NCBI GenBank assembly: GCA_951406725.2
Contig: OX597821.1
Location: 111,042,001-111,106,000, forward strand
Length of the DNA stretch: 64,000 nucleotides
Direction: 5' to 3'
Source of the DNA: Octopus vulgaris
Taxonomy: Eukaryota
The notes under the pieces are model-generated. The model had not been told where the DNA came from, searched no databases, and saw only the letters and a list, made by a program, of their open reading frames with translations. Below are positions 61,601 to 64,000 of this stretch, in pieces; positions within the stretch are counted from its first letter, which is position 1, and the number at the start of each line of letters is the position of its first letter. A program made the position numbers and the translations under genes.

Positions 61601-62319
61601 GAAAGAAGCCCATCAAATATAGATATAAGCGCAGGAGTATCTGTGTGGTAAGTAGCTTGCTAACCAACCACATGATTCCGGGTTCAGTCCACTGCGTGGC
61701 ATCTTGGGAAAGTGTCTTCTGCTATAGCCCCGGGCCAACCAATGCCTTGTGAGTGGATTTGGTAGACGGAAACTGAAAGAAGCCTGTCGTATATATGTAT
61801 ATATATGTATGTGTGTGTGTTTGTGTGTCTGTGTCTGTCCCCCTAGCATTGCTTGACAACCGATGCTGGTGTGTTTGCGTCCCCGTCACTTAGCGGTTCG
61901 GCAAAAGAGACTGATAGAATAACTACTGGGCTTACAAAGAATAAGTCCCGGGGTCGATTTGCTCGACTGAAGGCGGTGCTCCAGCATGGCCGCAGTCAAA
62001 TGACTGAAACAAGTAAAAGAGTATAGGAGTGGCTGTGAAAGAAGTAGATTGCTTACGAACTACATGGTTCTGGGTTCAGTCTCACTGTGTGGCACCTTGC
62101 AAACACATTTTTTGCTTAATTTCACTCACAAGACTGCAGTGTCAATCCTGAGTCTGTGACAGATGACGCTTGCTCCAAAATGCTTCATAGAGATGAGAAA
62201 GAAACAGAGTAGTTGGCACACAAAACAATAACATAAAGAAGTTTTAAAAATCCTACTTACGATCGACAATAAGCAAGTCGAAGAATAAAGTGTGAAACAT
62301 GATCAAATCGGCCGGTTTT
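47231..62319 (-). CDS. PRIM2: DNA primase large subunit (p58), multi-exon gene, 5' part outside window; join(complement) 62261-62319,61042-61162,60172-60390,59040-59183,57138-57320,55213-55339,51173-51255,49664-49820,47231-47427
   Basis: The spliced product has [79 protein letters not shown] and HPNQYFEES. The four 4Fe-4S cysteines are present. All introns are GT-AG with consistent phases. Confidence 0.95.
47709..48013 (+). mobile_element. tRNA-derived SINE family C, full length (probably related to the Octopus OR SINEs)
   Basis: A box TGGCCCAGTGG and B box GGTTTCGATTCCC, flanked by (TA)n. The family name is from memory. Confidence 0.8.
48339..48650 (+). mobile_element. repeat family D (3 tandem head units)
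   Basis: GTGCCGGTGGCAC(G/A)TAAAAAG(C/T)ACC units, core and (GAT)n tail. Another copy at 48905-49110. Confidence 0.8.
49664..49820 (-). CDS. PRIM2: PRIM2 exon ([14 protein letters not shown]...[20 protein letters not shown])
   Basis: Acceptor tgcag, donor gtcagt. Contains the fourth Fe-S Cys. Confidence 0.92.
49935..50380 (+). mobile_element. repeat family D (5 tandem 62-67 bp head units)
   Basis: Units start at about 49935, 50001, 50068, 50135 and 50197, followed by the core and (GAT)n. Confidence 0.85.
51173..51255 (-). CDS. PRIM2: PRIM2 exon ([28 protein letters not shown])
   Basis: Acceptor gtcag, donor gtaaga. Contains the third Fe-S Cys. Confidence 0.92.
51566..51956 (-). mobile_element. 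complete non-autonomous Helitron (~390 bp)
   Basis: Minus strand begins TCTCTATATATAAACGGC, has an internal (TG)n, and ends with hairpin ACCTGGCATCGCTGGGT then CTAG-T. Confidence 0.75.
53215..53608 (-). mobile_element. SINE family B, dimeric form
   Basis: Colinear with 21437-21833. Confidence 0.8.
54149..54367. mobile_element. piggyBac-like MITE
   Basis: TTAA-CCCTTTAGT...ACTAAAGGG-TTAA. The host repeat appears uninterrupted at about 52000-52045. Confidence 0.8.
54404..54700 (+). mobile_element. repeat family D
   Basis: Tandem head units and core. Further copies at 53840-54000, 55615-55885, 55965-56415 and 56890-57110. Confidence 0.8.
54962..55143. repeat. 26-bp minisatellite x7 (TTCTATGCATTGAGCACTACTCTATA)
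   Basis: Counted directly, period 26. Confidence 0.9.
55213..55339 (-). CDS. PRIM2: PRIM2 exon ([43 protein letters not shown])
   Basis: Acceptor tgcag, donor gtgtgt. Contains the second Fe-S Cys. Confidence 0.93.
57138..57320 (-). CDS. PRIM2: PRIM2 exon ([10 protein letters not shown]...GLFLKGIG...SVGIDK)
   Basis: Acceptor tccag, donor gtatgt. Contains the first Fe-S Cys. Confidence 0.95.
57410..57880 (+). mobile_element. repeat family D (about 5 tandem head units)
   Basis: ~65-bp units, core and tail. Confidence 0.8.
59040..59183 (-). CDS. PRIM2: PRIM2 exon ([23 protein letters not shown]...IDMLDP)
   Basis: Acceptor ttcag, donor gtaatt. Matches [23 protein letters not shown]. Confidence 0.93.
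59337..59980 (-). mobile_element. hAT (Charlie/Buster) deletion derivative with dimerisation-domain remnant and 30-bp subterminal repeats
   Basis: ORF 59559-59780 reads [33 protein letters not shown]...HQVQGSY. CAGTGTTTCC-type ends. TSD CTTTAGAT/CTTCAGAC. 4 x 30-bp repeat at 59351-59470. Confidence 0.7.
60172..60390 (-). CDS. PRIM2: PRIM2 exon ([12 protein letters not shown]...[27 protein letters not shown]...LSKGLA)
   Basis: Acceptor ttcag, donor gtaagt. 73 codons. Confidence 0.93.
60505..60980. repeat. (CA)n-based minisatellite with ATCAAACAAGCAGAC interruptions
   Basis: Seen directly. Confidence 0.85.
61042..61162 (-). CDS. PRIM2: PRIM2 exon ([19 protein letters not shown]...IGYEE)
   Basis: Acceptor tgcag, donor gtacac. 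Phase 2 to 0. Confidence 0.93.
61628..62022 (+). mobile_element. SINE family A, full length
   Basis: Nearly identical to 63001-63418. Confidence 0.88.
62261..62319 (-). CDS. PRIM2: PRIM2 exon ([20 protein letters not shown])
   Basis: Acceptor ttcag, donor gtaagt. [12 protein letters not shown] motif. Not in the ORF track. Confidence 0.92.
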
Positions 62320-62484
62320 CTGAAACAAGAAGAAATTTTAAAACTATGTATGTATGCATGGATTTTTACATATTAATACAAACAAAGATATACATATATT
62401 ACACACCATACAACCATAGGAGAGGTTCTCTCAAAATAAATGACAAAGTACTCTGTGTCCTAACACAACATCCAAGTTGGAGTG

Positions 62485-62912
62485 ACACACAAAAAGCACC
62501 ATCTGAACGTGGTCGATGCCAGGTCCGCCTGACTGGCTCCCATGCTGGTGGCATGTAAAGAGCACCATCCAAACATGATCGATGACAGGGCCACCTGACT
62601 GGCTCTCGTGCAGGTGGCACGTAAAAAGCACTATACAAACCTGGCTGATGCCAGTGTCCCCTGACTGGCTCCCCTGCCGGTGGCACATAAAAGCACTATC
62701 CGAATGTGATCGATGCCAGGCCCGCCTGGCTGGCTCGTGTTGGTGACATGTAAAAAGCACCCACTACACGCTCGGAGTGGTTGGCGTTAGGAAAGGCATC
62801 CAGCTGGAGAAACTTTGCCAAATCAGATTGGAGCCTGATGTAGTAACTAGCTCTCCAGTCCTGTCAAACTGTCCAACCCATGCAAGCATGGAAAACGGGC
62901 GTTAAACAATGA
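62485..62912 (+). mobile_element. repeat family D (about 5 tandem head units)
   Basis: ~65-bp units and core. Confidence 0.8.
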
Positions 62913-62927
62913 AGATAATTAATAAAT

Positions 62928-63000
<73 letters not shown>

Positions 63001-63002
<2 letters not shown>

Positions 63003-63165
63003 CGCAGGAGTGGCTGTGTGGTAAGTAGCTTGCTAACCAACCACATGGTTCCGGGTTCAGTCCCACTGCGTGACATCTTGGGCAAGTGTCTTCTGCTATA
63101 GCCCCAGGCCGACCAATGCCTTGTGAGTGGATTTGGTAGATGGAAACTGAAAGAAGCCTGTCGTA

Positions 63166-63196
<31 letters not shown>

Positions 63197-63418
63197 GCGT
63201 GTGTGTGTCTGTGTTTGTCCCCCTAGCATTGCTTGACAACCGATGCTGGTGTGTTTACGTCCCCGTCACTTAGCGGTTCAGCAAAAGAGACCAATAGAAT
63301 AAGTACTGGGCTTACAAAGAATAAGTCCCGGGGTCGATTTGTTCAACTAAAGGCGGTGCTCCAGCATGGCCGCAGTCAAATGACTGAAACAAGTAAAAGA
63401 GAGTAAAAGAGTAAAGAG
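63001..63418 (+). mobile_element. SINE family A, full length, inserted in (TA)n
   Basis: Complete head, internal microsatellite and (GAGTAAA)n tail. Confidence 0.9.
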
Positions 63419-64000
63419 ATATATATGTATATAATCATTTAACGTCCATTTTACATGCTAGCATGGGTTGGACGGTTTGACCAGGGCTGGCATGCTGGAA
63501 GGCTGCACCAGACTCCAGTCTGATTTGGCATGGTTTCTACAGCAACCACTCTGAAAGTGTAACAGGAATTTTCATGTACCACCAGTATCTGCCACAACTG
63601 CAATTTTACTTGGCTTGATGGGTCTTCTTCTCAAGCACAACATAATGCCAAAGGTCTTGGTCATTCTTCATTACCTCCATGAGGCACAACACTCAAAAGG
63701 TGTTTTTCAAGTGCCACCGGCATTAGCCATTTTGCCTCCATATGGCCCAGCGCTTGAAAGGAGCCTTTTTACATTAAATATTGATGCAGGCTTGGCTGTG
63801 TTGTAAGAAGTTAGTTTCCCAACAACATGATTCCAGAATCGGTCCCATTGTGTGGAACTTTGGGCAAGTGGTTTCTATATAGCCTTGGGCCAACCAAAGC
63901 TTTGAGAAGATTTGGCAGATGGAAACTGAAAGAAATTCATCATATACATACATATATATACGCAAATTGCACCCGTGCCAGTAACTCCCATATATCATCA

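Overview
This is AT-rich, microsatellite-dense animal genomic DNA. The repeat content suggests an octopus (coleoid cephalopod), which is my inference. Two multi-exon genes converge. A PDE7-family cAMP phosphodiesterase lies on + with 11 coding exons at 5456-40555, its start exon not found, and a long RRxS-rich C-terminal extension. The DNA primase large subunit PRIM2 lies on - with 9 coding exons at 47231-62319 and its 5' end outside the window. All exons were joined by hand with consistent GT/AG sites and phases. Introns and the intergenic gap contain four SINE-like families, RTE/CR1/RLE-LINE fragments, Tc1/mariner (including a DD41D element), hAT, piggyBac, Tigger and TTAGGG-containing MITEs, and Helitrons (a 288-aa PIF1 helicase remnant and a complete non-autonomous copy). 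The most notable signal is a set of short, non-coding, Penelope-like inserts that show inverted arms, a short tail, 10-15 bp TSDs and/or minimal hammerhead ribozyme motifs. One has a tRNA-like Pol III head and sits as a ~590 bp palindrome inside the polypyrimidine tract of a PDE7 splice acceptor. Intact hammerheads occur only antisense to the host genes. Most ORFs in the supplied track are microsatellite noise.
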